Part shown: one piece after another, positions 48,685-61,215 of the stretch | How positions within the stretch are numbered: the first letter of the stretch is position 1 | How the letters are laid out: every line of letters starts with the position of its first letter | Assembly: GCF_964355755.1 (NCBI RefSeq) | Contig: NC_092674.1 | Span: 25,606,001-25,670,000 of the forward strand | DNA from: Antedon mediterranea | Taxonomy: Eukaryota; Animalia; Echinodermata | Length of the DNA: 64,000 nt | Reading direction: 5' to 3' | Made by a program: the position numbers and the translations under genes | The notes under the pieces: model-generated | Seen by the model: the letters and a program-made list of their open reading frames with translations, nothing else | The model's database searches: none | What the model was told of the DNA's origin: nothing

Positions 48685-51600
48685 TCATCTTCTCCATCCA
48701 CGGCTTTCCTCATCATCCTCTTCATCCTCATCATCAATTAAAAGATCATCATTTAATTCTTCATTGTCCTTTAAAAAATACATAAATATTAGTGCTGAAA
48801 ATCACTTTTTTTTTACTTGGCACTTGTCATGCTTCTGGAAACCACCAATCAATTATTATGGATGTTTCATTTATGCGCTCTGTTTACACTATCAAACTAG
48901 TTTGAGAAAAAATATTTCAAATATTACCTCATCGTCAGGTTGTAAGGCATTTCCTAGACCACTCTCAACATCTTCTTCTAATATAACAACTTCTGGCGCA
49001 GGTTTGTGCCAAGCCATCTTCAATACTATCTCCTTAAAATGTTGACCTTTACTTGCAGCCTAATGAATATGCATAATATTATAATCACTTTTAAATAAAT
49101 ATGCGTAATGATGTGTTTACTACAAATTGTTTTTTTTTATTGACTAGAGACACTGTAGATGAGCTCTTCATCTGTCACTGTATTAAAGAATTTGCCCATG
49201 ATACTGGACTGATTATGCCATATCAACAAATACATAGAATCAAATGAAATTTTAATAAAATATTTGGAGAAAATTTTAAAAAGCAAAATAATTATAGATT
49301 ACAATATTTTACATGATTTAATTGTTAGTTATTTAAGAGTGGAGAAGTTCAATAAGTATTACTGTAAATCTTCTAATTGTATTATTCTTTGATAGTTTTT
49401 TTAGGGTGGGGGAATATTAGAAGGGTGGTTACTATTAGAGTAGTGGGTTACTATTACTAATCTTAAATTAGGCACCTGAAAATAGTAACTCACCCAACTT
49501 TTCCGGTCAGCAACTAATAGCAAAATAATAAAACAGTACGAATAAACAAATTTGGTTGAACTCTATACTTTAAACTCAAAAAAACTCAATCCTCCTCCAC
49601 TCCCGCGATCAACATGCATTATCTCCTTAATTTCAAAATATGGCTGTTAGTTTTTGTGACTCTAATAATAACTCCCATGGGTTACTATTAGAGTAGTGGG
49701 TTATTATTATAGATTGACTTATAAGATGGGGTACTATAAGAAGGGGGGTTACTATTAGAAGGGGGTTACTAATAGAAGATTTACGGTATTGTTAATTATG
49801 ACCAAAAAAAAGTTCACTTACTCCCTCTGCTTCAAGTCTGCTGTGGTATCCTATTACCAATGTGTGGTTAGCGTTGTTATATTCAATTTTTTCTAGTTCT
49901 CCAAATTCCTACAATTAGAAAATAATAATGTGATTGATAAAACTGAAATTTACTGGCTTTACTTGTTTTTTTTTCCAAATTTCTAGTAGTATATTTATAT
50001 AAACTACTTTAAAATTATATTTTATTTAATAAATATTAAAGATGTATTGTCCCCCCAAAAAACATGAAAATTAAGATTATTTAAATCAGACTTTAAATAG
50101 GCTATTTTGTAGTTTTAATAAAGTTAATCACTTCCGTAAAAAAAAAAATAATGTTTTCACTCATAAAATAACATAATAAATGGTTAAATTCAAACAAAAA
50201 TCTATTGGCTGGCAGCCAATTTGCCATTTTTTTGCTTTAAATTACAGTTTTTAAAAAAAATCCAATTTTTGGTCAAAGTGGATAACTATTAGGCGACATT
50301 AAAATGCCATATTCGAAAAAAAAATTAAAAAAATTTTTTTTCAGGGGGACAATACATCTTTAATTGATTAAATAAATTTACTTACAGCAAAATGTGTAAT
50401 AATTTCATCTTTATCCGACTCATTGAATCCACTAACTGTTAACTCTCGCGGTCGTTTATCAAGTATCGTATTCGCTTTATGATGGTTAGTAGATCCTCGT
50501 CTGAACGATCCTCGTCCACGACCCCTACCGGCGCCACTCCTACCAATACCACCCCTGCCTTTCATAATATGACCCCGCCCTCTTCCAGATGACAGTAACC
50601 CTAATGATTGTGCCTGTTAATAGATAGAAAAATAAAGATATTTGGAAAGTAATTGAGAAAAAAAAACACATTAGGACAGCTTTTATACAATCTAGAGTAT
50701 TTAATAAAAAAGATCATCTTAATTTTGTAATGATTTTGCTTAAGCATATTTTCATCATTTTATGATGAATGAAGATGAAGGCCAATACTTAAGATAAAGG
50801 AACTGGTTTTTCAACTAAGCATAAATTTCCTCAACTATCTTGACTTAAGCAAAATGATTTCATAAATACATTTACAGGATTGATCAAAGATGTACGAAAA
50901 GAATGAGGTAACATGTATTTAAAGGATGATACTGTACAGCGAAATAATTGTGGTGACTTAAGAAAGGAAGAAAACGTTGAAAGAAGGGCAAATAAAAGTG
51001 TTTCGTTTACAATCTTGTTCCTTCAAGTTTGACATTGCTTTGTGGTATAGCACAAAGATATGTTGATTTCTTAAGGTGTTTGCTGTAGGTCTCAATGCTT
51101 GTATTATAAAGTATTAGAGCCTTTATAACAAAATAGCCTGGACCAGCGTATATTACAATTATATATAGTTGTATAAAACATTCATTTTGAGTGAATTATA
51201 AATAAATTCACAGACTTCTTCACACTGTATCTTAACAATACCTTAGACAAATTCCATTGTGCAGAATCACAAGTATATTAAATGTTACAGGCATCACATG
51301 TGAAACACATGAGATGCTGTATCACAGAGTTTACCTATGATACGGGAGAAATTTAAATACAGTACAAATATTCGGCTGATAAATTAGGCTGGTTGCACAC
51401 TAAACACAGACTGGCTAACTGTAATTCTAACTGTGGCTCTTCATTATTTCTTACCTCTAATTTTAACTGTGCTACTTTCTTTTTCAGCTGACTGGTATCC
51501 CCACCTTCTGCTTGCTGGTTGTACAGTTCCAATTCCGTATCTAACAGCTCTTTTTGAGTCTACAAAAATAAATATGTATAACAAGGGATAGCATACAGCA

Positions 51601-54600
51601 CTTCTAATTAATGTATCCGTTCAATAAATATAAATTTATGTAATAGATATTACATTTGATATTTTGGAAGCCATAACATTATTTCAAATAATAAATTAGG
51701 TGATGATGATGATAATAAGGACAAATATGAAAGGCTAGAAAAATAGAAGATGTAGTGGTATACAAATAATGAATGTTTATGAGTGTTATGGTACAAATAA
51801 TGGCATGAGGTGAAATATAACCTTTCATCATTTACCGAATCTACGGAGATACCAAATAGGCAGCACTGTTGTGTTTCAAAAGTAATAGTAGAAAAAAAAA
51901 TTTTCCAAACATTAAAAAGATTTTATTTTTCCTACACAAAAAAGTACTATTTAACGACCGTTCTATAGTTCATACTATTTGACGGCTTGTGACCAACAGT
52001 CATCCAATCAAATGACCGAAATTTATTTAGGTGTTATATAATATGTAAGAATAGTGGAAGTAGAGTAGACATATGACATTGAATTATTGTAGCAAAAAGG
52101 CTGAACTATAATATGAACAGTGACATAAGAAAAGATGTTTACCGATGATGCAGTCTTTGGTTTTTCCACTATCATCTCTGCTTTGGTTTTGTCAATTTGT
52201 ACGTTGAGTGCCTTCATTGCTGCCAATATACTTGCTTTCACCTCGGGGCTAAGATCTTTGCTTTTTTCAAATTTCTGAATCAACAACTAAACCAAACAAA
52301 AATATTTGCTAGTACATGTATTCTCATATTACTAATATCTGCCATTTTTTAATTGAATGAATTATTAAATAAAAATGACAAAACAAACTACCTTCTGTTC
52401 TTGTATTTGCTTGGCGAGGAGCTCTTGCTTTTGCCTGGCTATGCTGTTTTTCTTCTCCATAGCCTTCTTTCTAATAGCTTCCTTAGCCGCTGCAAGTTCC
52501 AGCCTAGCTTGTGCCAGTTTGCTAGCCTGGGTAGCCTGAGCTCCCTTACTGGCAGCTTGGTTGGCTTGTGTTAGTTTAGCCTGGCTGGCCTGTACAGCAT
52601 TTGGATTATATAATGTCTTTGATAAAATTCCAGTGTTTTTTAATACAGTCTATAAAAAAATACCAAAATGTTAAATATACTGGTTGGCCACTAGTATAAT
52701 TTTGCTCATATCCTTTTCTCAATTAAACTGACCAGCCATTTTGACGAGGACAAGCCCAGGTGCGAGTGTGAACAGCGTTGTGTGACCGACCAAAAGATTT
52801 AACAGGGATGAACCACTTAGGTTAATTTGACTGAATAAAGCTGAGTGTGAATGATATAAAATAAGTCCAGTGTGAACAGCATTTGTAATGCGAACATGCG
52901 AAATATTGAATTGGGATGAACCGCTAGGTTGAATAAAGCTGAGTGTGAATGAGGCTTTAATATAAAATAAGTCCAGTGTGAACAGCAATTGTAATGCGAA
53001 CATAAGAATATTGAATTGGGATGAACCGCTAGGTTAGTTTGAATAAAGCTGAGTGTGAATGAGGCTTTAAAATAAAAATAAGTCCAGTAGTAATAGACAG
53101 CTTTTGCAATTAATTTAAGTGCGAGCGAGACTTTTAATTTTTGAAGTTCTAATATTTTTTACCTTTTCTGTAGTATCTATTTTCTTATTATTAATTGATA
53201 GCTGATCTTTGGATGGAATTACAATACGCTCTTTAACTGGTAACTTCATTGGTCCCTTATCATCACCTAAATTACTCTGTAACAATTAAAATAAAAATTA
53301 ATAAGTTAGAAAGTTGGGATGGGCTTAAGCTCTATTTACACTATCAAATTAGTTTGACAAAAAAGTATGATGTGCCCAAATATGCTAGTGATATGATGTC
53401 ACCGTGTCCATATCACATTTTGTTGTCACATAAAGTTTGATAGTGTAGACAGAGCTTTAGACAGATCTTTCTTCTAATAGAAGCAAAAAGCACTTTATAA
53501 ACTCTATATAAAACAGAATATATTTTTTACTGAAAATTGCTCATAAAAAAAAAAATTCAGGATACATTTTTTTTTACAAATAAAAAACAGCTAAAAGATC
53601 GAGTATTTAGAACTTACTTTAGTCTCATCCTTATTATGCCAGTACACTTTGATAAATCTATTATTTAGTACAGCTTCAGTACAGCCAATGGCGCTTCTGG
53701 CTTGAGCACTGGTAGCAAAGGTTATAAGAGCAGCCTCTGGGTCACCACCAAACTCAACCTAAAAATTATATACAATGACCTATATTCTAGCTATTGAATA
53801 TAAATTCATATACAGTATTAGGGCCAATTTACACAGACGAGCGGCAACGGTAAGACCACGTAACTTGTCCCACATAGAATCTGTATCTATGCTGAGCGGA
53901 AAACGTCCGTCCGCTCTGTGTTGTGTGTAAATGCTCATTATAACATAGATTCTATAATTTTATTACTGTTACCACTCATCTGTGTAAATTGGCCTTTAAT
54001 GGGACACTTTCAGGACAGAAAGTGTCCATTTAATAATAGGAGTGTCCCTTTAATAATAGGAGTGTCCCTTTAATAATAGGAGTGTCCCTTTAATAATAGG
54101 AGTGTCCCTTTAATAATAGGAGTGTCCCTTTAATAATAGGAGTGTCCCTTTAATAATAGGAGTGTCCCTTTAATAATAGGAGTGTCCCTTTAATAATAGG
54201 AGTGTCCCTTTAATAATAGGAGTGTCCCTTTAATAATAGGAGTGTCCCTTTAATAATAGGAGTGTCCCTTTAATAATAGGAGTGTCCCTTTAATAATAGG
54301 AGTGTCCCTTTAATAATAGGAGTGTCCCTTTAATAATAGGAGTGTCCCTTTAATAATAGGAGTGTCCCTTTAATAATAGGAGTGTCCCTTTAATAATAGG
54401 AGTGTCCCTTTAATAATAGGAGTGTCCTTTTAATAGTGGTTGGCCATAGTGAAAATCAATTACTTACAGAACTGAAACATCAGGTAGGGAGATTATTATA
54501 TAAAGGTCATTTACTATTTATGTTTTATTTAATTATTCATGGTTGTAAAATGTATTCAATTTATTATAATATCATGACATTAGGATATTCATTGGGGAAA

Positions 54601-57600
54601 AAACAACACTTCAAAATAAATAATTAGTATATATTGAGGTTAGCATGTTTTCTGAAGAATATTTTGTTTTCAAACAATGAGTTGTATATTTCCAAGAATT
54701 TTGTTCGCAGCGTATCTCTAATTCTGGCCAACATTGTAGATTGTATAATTTTGTCATAGGATTGACCTATATCTATATATTGACAAAATGTGCAGATTGA
54801 AGACGGTAAAAAAATAAAGAATTTAAATAAGGAAAAGAAATACACTAACCTGAAGATTTACTATAGTTCCAAACCTTTCGAAATGTTGACTTAATTTTGA
54901 TATCGTGTTTAAATTTCTTGGCACCTTCCTTACGACGAGACACACATTGTCGCGGTTGTTAAAACGTGGTTTCTTAAACCCTAAACGCGACTTTACATCC
55001 ATACGCTTTTCAGGTTGTGATTGTTGAACATTTTCATTCATTCGGTTATCAAATGTTCTTTTTCTATTTTCTGGAATGGTCTGTATAACTTGCCTCATCG
55101 GCACGTGCGTCGATTGTGCCTTTTCACTTGAATGCGTATCGATAACTGTTCTTATATTTATGTGATTAATTGGCGGTGAGGGCGCTGTATCCAATCGATT
55201 CTCTATTTCTTCAAGTTCTAGAAGAAAAAAAGTTTTAAGTTTAATAAAAAAAATAGTTGATCTTTTATTATCTTAAACAACCTATCGCGTGAATTTGTGG
55301 TCTGTCATTAAACCTTATATGGACAAGATTTCTTTGTCGTACAAAAGCAGTTAATTTTAAATTCTTGCCTGTGCTGTCAAGAAATTCAAACCTTGAACAA
55401 GCAGCCAACTTTTTTTTAAACCATATTTAATGAGGGTGATCCATCCAGCAATTGCTGATAATTAGGGACCCTCAGAGGTTCACAAGACAAACATATACAC
55501 AAGATGCTCTAAACAAAAATTTTATTACAAATCTTTGGGAGTGGAGTTGTAATTTTGTCCTTAGAAAAAATCATGACATATGACGGGACTTGAACCCAGG
55601 ACCCTTGGAGTGGTAGTCAAGCATCAGAACCACCAAGCCACAACTGCACTCTTAAAAATAAACTCTCCCATGGCAAAAGCACATAATAACTATCTTGAAG
55701 GTTCGACCAATGACAAGATCTAAATTTACCTTGCGGAGTTGCCATTGGTACTGTTTGGACACCTATTAATTCCCGAGAACGTGGTACATAGTTTGTTTTC
55801 TTCTTTCCACTATCAAGCGCTGGATCTTCAGGGTTATAGCCATCTGGCTCATATTGATCTGTTAAGATTATTATCATGAGAAAAATACCCAAAACGTAAT
55901 TTTATATACACATGTAAATATCAATACAATAACAATAATATATGTTAGTTATAAATAAATTATAAGAGTATAGATATAAAAAGGAAAAACAAAGAGATTA
56001 TGGAGTATGAAGTTTAAATATTCAATATTGAACCTTGATTATCATAAATAGTTTATTGGTTCATTTTTAACTCAAAAATTAATTGAATATAGTTTTGTAA
56101 AAATTCTTCATGTTAAATAACAGAATATTTTAATAATATACAGGTGTCAATGAAATAAAAATATTTAAAAAATAATTAAGCAACCATTTTTATCTTTGAT
56201 TGGACAGCGATAAATTCTTGAAATTCTTAAAACTACTATTATTAAAAACTTCTAAAGTAATGGCAAAGGTGGTCCTTCATTATTGAAAAATATATCATTG
56301 ATAATTTACCTCTTTGTGGTGCAGGAGGGGGCAGCCGTGGAGGTGGCACCATTACTATTCCTGGGGGTGGTAATGGTGGAGGACCTGGCCTCATAGAGGG
56401 TGGAGGGTGTAAGCTTGGTGGTGGAAATCGATGCAAATCTGGAGGCACATTTGGTAACGGTCTTAGCATTGGTCCTGGTAGAGGGGGAAGTCCAGGAGGG
56501 GGAGGCCCAGGAGGGGGAGGCCCAGGAGGGGGAGGTTGTCCTGGTATACCCATTGGCGGATGTGGTGGTATATGTGGTGGAGGAGGCTGTGTGGGAGGCG
56601 GTTGTGATGGTAGTGGGGGTGGGGGTCTTAACATGTTAGGTAAGTTTAAGTCGTCAACTATAACAGGATCATTGCCGTGGTCATAAGGGCAGAGTTCACC
56701 TCGCATACAAAATCCTTTCTCTGGAAAACGGAAAAAAAAAACATATTAGCTTTTAAAAGATTGAATGAAATTACATAACAGAAAATAACAAATTTAAATC
56801 TCACTCCAGAGGACGATCAAAGTATATTGATCAAAATTTCGAGAAACTCAACAATTCTTTTTAGAACTATTTATACGTGGTCTACCGCAATCATCATTTC
56901 AATATGCAAACCTTCAAACAATTCAAACCTCAAAAATCTCTTGGGACAACCATTTTTCTCAGTTGGGTCACGAAGATGACCCTTAATATGGTTCTATTGT
57001 GATAATTGGGAAGCGTTTTGTGATTTAATAACTTACCATCATAATCTCGACAACGTGGCTTCAAATTTTGTCGCGGTGGATGATCATGATTGTTACGACC
57101 CCAATGTCCTCCTCTATTCCTTCCGCGTCCACGATATCCACCTTTATTTGTCGTGCGGTTGTTGCCCGAACCACTGCCCGAACTTGTAACAACGCTGATG
57201 GCGCTTGCCACATTACTTGACTGACCTGTCGAGTCTACATCCTGGTTATTTTCTTGATTTCTGTAATCATTTCGGTCCCTCCCTAAGAAACATTTTAAAT
57301 TATTGCAATATTATTATTAGTTGTCTTTCCCTTATTAAACATGAGTGGTTACATTATTACTGAAAAAAATGCTATTGATAGAGAGTACTAAATAAAAACA
57401 TTAATTAGAGGATTCCCATTTTTTACTTGTCAGTGGATAAAAAATTTATATTTTGAAATTATAGCAATAAAAGAATGTAATCTAAATCACCTTTAGAAGA
57501 CTCCCAGCGTTGGTTATACCTTCCTCCATCCCGTCTACTTGGGACTCTTCTATCGTCTCTGCGTCGTCTATCTCTATCGTCTTCTCGAGAACTCCTTCTG

Positions 57601-60600
57601 CGATCATCTCTGTTATAAAATTATGAATCGGTTTATTATTTCTGCTAGAATTGTTTAATGTTCATAAGAAATAAAGGAACATGTCAAAATTATTCTACTT
57701 CAGTAACTGCATTATTTTTAGTTTGATTCAAAGTAGAGTTTATGAGAGTTGTTGTAATAAACAAAAGAATATTGACAAGTAATGTAAAATAAATACATAA
57801 ACATGCTTATAGAGTAAACAAAATGTACTGCAGTAACTGCAGTACAAAAATGTACTGTAGTACAAAATGTACTGCAGTAACTGTAGTACAAAAATGTTAA
57901 CATAGTCCCTAAATAAATACTAAAATGAAGAGAGTCTATTATTTCACTTGACATATTATTATTAATACTATGATATGAATATATTATACAAATAATGAAT
58001 GTTTATGAGTGCAATGGTACAAATAATGGCACGAGGTGAATGATGAAAGGTTATATCAACGAGGCAAAGCCGAGTTGATATAACCTTTCATCATTCACCA
58101 AGTGCCATTATTTGTACCATTACACGAATACAAAACATTCATTATTTGTTTTATATAACATCTAGACGTTTTTTTTTCGTACACAAAAATGTTTCAAAAA
58201 GTACTATTTAACGATCGTTGAATAGTGCGTACTATTGCACGCCATGTGACCCACATTCGTCCAATCAAATGACAGGAATTTATATAGGTGTTATATATTA
58301 TATATATAAAATGTTATGAATTTTTTTGTGTTCCACATAAAGTGGAGCAAACAAAACCAAACAAGCAAACCTTGGGCTTCTGCTTCGTGCTCTTCCCGAT
58401 CGTTTATAATCTCTATCATCTTCATCAATAATCTTAATGGGTGAAAAAACACAAATTATGTTTAAAGCATAAATAAACTTTTTTACAAAAACACAGTTAA
58501 AGCATGTTCCTTCAAGTTTGACATTGCTTTGTGGTATAGCACAAAGATATGTTGATTTCTTAAGGTGTTTGCTGTAGGTCTCAATGCTTGTATTATAAAG
58601 TACATATAACTTTATAACACTACGAATAGCCTGGACCAAATGACTCTGGGCTTTAATACAATGGTTTTTCTTGATGTTTCCTTCTAATTAGTGTCATGTA
58701 TAAAATAAAGCTCTGTCTACACTATAAAAAAAGGTGTGATGTGCCCAAATAGGATAATGCTATACCTAAATAGGGTAGTGCTATGACATCATCATGTCTA
58801 TATATGGGCACATCACATTTTTTTAATAGTATAGACAGAGCCGAGGCTTGAGCTGTGAAAGTTCATAGGTTTCTATGACATCCACCAAGCGAGTCGAATA
58901 TGACAACAGCATATATCATTGAATGGTTATAACTCTTAATATATTCTTAAAACACAAATAAAATGGTTACAGAAATTCAACCTACTGCATGTTATCTACT
59001 CAATGTCTTTGTTGTTAAATATGTAAAAATTAAAGCTCAGCATATATTTGTACTGTATTGTATACAATTTAGTTAATGTGATTAAATTTAGTATAAAATC
59101 ACCGTAATTGAGGACAAAGAGAAATGTAGTACAGTGTGTAATGGAAAGTGAAACATTTTACAATAATGCTGTTTAGTTTCTAAAGTAGAAGCTAAACCAT
59201 AGTTTGTTTTACTTACTTTTCTTGTAAATGTAAATGTGTGAGATAGATATATATAGATATATGAGGATCAACATAGTAGAATATCCTCTACACGCATGCC
59301 TCCTTTTTTTTTTTTTAATGGATGGACTTATTTTTAGCCAATGATAGGCTTAAACCTGAGCACACATAAAGAATACCCACCTCATCAGAATCTCTCCGCT
59401 TAGATGTATGTACTGCAGAACTCGTGGATTCTATTGGTTCAGGTTCCACAGGGTTCGTAGCGCTGACGACAATTACATCGCTTGGCGTAGTAACAGTCTC
59501 TGAGGTTACTACAGGTACCGTATTTGAAGCTGGTGATATGTAAGAATTGTCTCGCAGTGCAGCAAATAAATCATCAACAAACTTGATTGTATCTGAAAAT
59601 GAAAAAAAATAATATGCTTTAATATCAAGAATCGATCAGTATACAATATAAAACTCACAACGAAGCTGAAAATTTGTATGGGAAACGGTTTTGAGCAGTC
59701 CTTATTGTTGCTCACTCAAGCATAACTGTTTCTTATTAATTACTTCAACATTTCTTATCATATGTCTGATTAACGTTTGTTGAACTTTTATACAGCGTTG
59801 AAACAGTATTGAGACTAAATTTCTTTTTTTATTGCACAACACTGTATTTTACTACATGCCATAAAGTTGAAATATTCTAATTATCCCTGCTGATGACATA
59901 AAGCATATAACAAAATATTAAAATCTCATCACAACAACACTTATGTAATTGGAAGATGAATTATATTTCACCTTGATAAGTATATATTTAAGTATTAAAT
60001 AACTTGTATGTATAGAGTTATCACCTTCTAGCTATAATTAATTCATTAGTCTTTAAGTTTAGTTATGGTAAAACAGAACAAAAGATTAAGGACAGAATGT
60101 TTTTATTACTCAAAAGCTGAATAGACTAATGCCATGTCATGAGAATTAAAGGTGTCTAAATAAATGTATTTTGCACTATGATTGCGGAAACGTGAAAGTT
60201 GGGGGCGAATTTACGTTACATAATATTATGTACTTTAACTTGACCAATATGTACTTACTTCCTTGTAAGAAGACTTCCAGTTGATCAGTACATAACTTTC
60301 TAAGGTGCTCTTCTGGTTTGTCTTTCTTAGCAAGGGCTACTACATACTTTGACAATGGTTCTGGATCAGCATCACATCTGAAGACAAAAATAATCACAAG
60401 TTTAGTCAGTTTAATGTAGTTTCAAAATTGCAGGTGCATTCCTAAACACATTCAGGGATGCACCCCTAAACACATTCAGGGATGCACTCCTAAACACATT
60501 CAAGGATGCACTCTTAATTAAGCACATTCAGGGATGCACTCCTAAAAACATTCTGGGGTGCATTTCTAAAAACACTCAGGGGTGTACTACTCCTAAAAAC

Positions 60601-61016
60601 ACTCAGTGGGTAGTAACTGTACATTAGGTGTGCGACTTAGCACACCTCGAGTGCATTTTAGGAGTGTTTTAGGCGAGTGATCGTTCCCCTACACCTAAAA
60701 AGTCTGGAAAAAGAGTGGAAGAATGGGTGCAACAAGATCTTACTTAAGTGGCTTTTTAGGTGGGTGTGGAGGTGTCATAATATACTAGCACTTCAAGATA
60801 CCCATTCCTTAAGGCATAGGATTTGCGCATTATGGATAAAAAGGGTGGGGTGGGTATGTGCCTGGTTTGAAGAAGAATAGATAGGAAATCTGTAGGCTGG
60901 ATGATCTAATATATTATTACAACTACAGTATCATATTATAGAAAAAAAACGTACATTGGTGTTAATTTACTTGTAAGCCAAGACTTTAAAGACTCAACAT
61001 CTTGTATGGCAGGCAT
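48685..61016 (-). CDS. RBM26: RNA-binding protein 26/27 (PWI-like, CCCH zinc finger, 2 RRMs, coiled coil), 18 coding exons, ~1006 aa
   Basis: Exons: 60955-61016, 60259-60377, 59381-59592, 58371-58432, 57491-57609, 57037-57282, 56310-56720, 55730-55858, 54850-55217, 53618-53758, 53163-53276, 52392-52649, 52143-52286, 51455-51559, 50386-50613, 49822-49908, 48928-49059, 48685-48768 (sum 3021 nt). Peptides: LKSWL..ICDADPEPLSKYV, RCRDYDEKGFCMRGELCPYDHG, LNTISKLSQHFERFGTIVNLQV, AVLNNRFIKVYWH, QKELLDTELEL, and C-terminal ESRGWRR. Probable non-coding first exon at ~62295-62400. Confidence 0.93.
49362..49786. mobile_element. TA-flanked MITE (Tc1/mariner-pogo-like) with subterminal repeats
   Basis: ta|ctgtaaatcttcta ... 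tagaagatttacgg|ta; repeated gggttactattaga. Confidence 0.7.
50040..50359. mobile_element. 320-bp TTAA-flanked MITE (Kolobok-like)
   Basis: ttaa|AGATGTATTGTCCCCC ... GGGGGACAATACATCT|ttaa, a perfect 16-bp TIR. Confidence 0.85.
51013..51145 (-). ncRNA. Candidate intronic box H/ACA snoRNA, copy A (host RBM26)
   Basis: On the minus strand: hairpin GGUC...UUAUAAAG/CUUUAUAA...GACC, H box ACAGCA (51081-51086), hairpin CCUUAAG...CUUUGUG/CACAAAG...CUUGAAGG, then ACA+3 nt. 133 nt long, with a paralogue at 58502-58638. Confidence 0.8.
52765..53087. repeat. ~105-bp tandem repeat, about 3 copies
   Basis: gtgtgaacagc...gggatgaacc...gaataaagctgagtgtgaatga...aaaataagtcca recurs. Confidence 0.8.
53821..53995. 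mobile_element. Harbinger-like MITE
   Basis: tta|gggccaatttacacaga ... tctgtgtaaattggcct|tta. Confidence 0.75.
54021..54436. repeat. 20-bp minisatellite (AGTGTCCCTTTAATAATAGG), 20 full units plus a partial
   Basis: 19 identical units at 54041-54420, a one-mismatch first unit, a partial last unit, and no spacers. Confidence 0.97.
55490..55650 (-). mobile_element. tRNA-derived SINE; related pieces at ~40236-40320 (minus) and ~33195-33300 (plus)
   Basis: Minus-strand A box TGGCTTGGTGG and B box GGTTCAAGTCC. Shared atacacaagatgctcta...tttgggagtggagttg. Confidence 0.6.
57986..58296. mobile_element. Unclassified interspersed repeat with a long internal palindrome; deleted copy at ~51760-52040 and end fragment at ~26100-26150
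   Basis: ~75-bp inverted arms around cgaggcaaagccgag; shared terminus ccaatcaaatgac...taggtgttatata. Confidence 0.7.
58502..58638 (-). ncRNA. Candidate intronic box H/ACA snoRNA, copy B (host RBM26)
   Basis: Same structure as copy A; H box at 58570-58575 and ACA at 58505-58507. Ends ~70 nt upstream of the 3' splice site at 58433. Confidence 0.8.
60434..60610. repeat. ~24-bp tandem repeat
   Basis: cctaaacacattcagggatgcact-like units, about 7 copies. Confidence 0.8.
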
Positions 61017-61215
61017 TTTTTTGCTTTTTTAAACTACTGTAAACAGATCAGTTTATCTGCAAAATAAAAAATGAATCATGTTTATACAGTATTGAAATGT
61101 TATTTTCATAATCACAAAGTCAAACAATCCAGTGACTAAATCTCACAGCAGTACGCCTAGGCGTAACTGAAATCCAGACACTCTATGCACCTTCAGCAGA
61201 AGACTGCTATCCATA

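Noticed and set aside
54021-54436. Regular repeat array resembling CRISPR
   Set aside because: Units are contiguous with no spacers, there are no cas genes, and it lies in a eukaryotic intron.
55295-55410. Other possible H/ACA-like folds (also ~31857-31965 and ~39185-39330)
   Set aside because: ACA and ANANNA are frequent in AT-rich DNA, the stems are weak, and no paralogue supports them.
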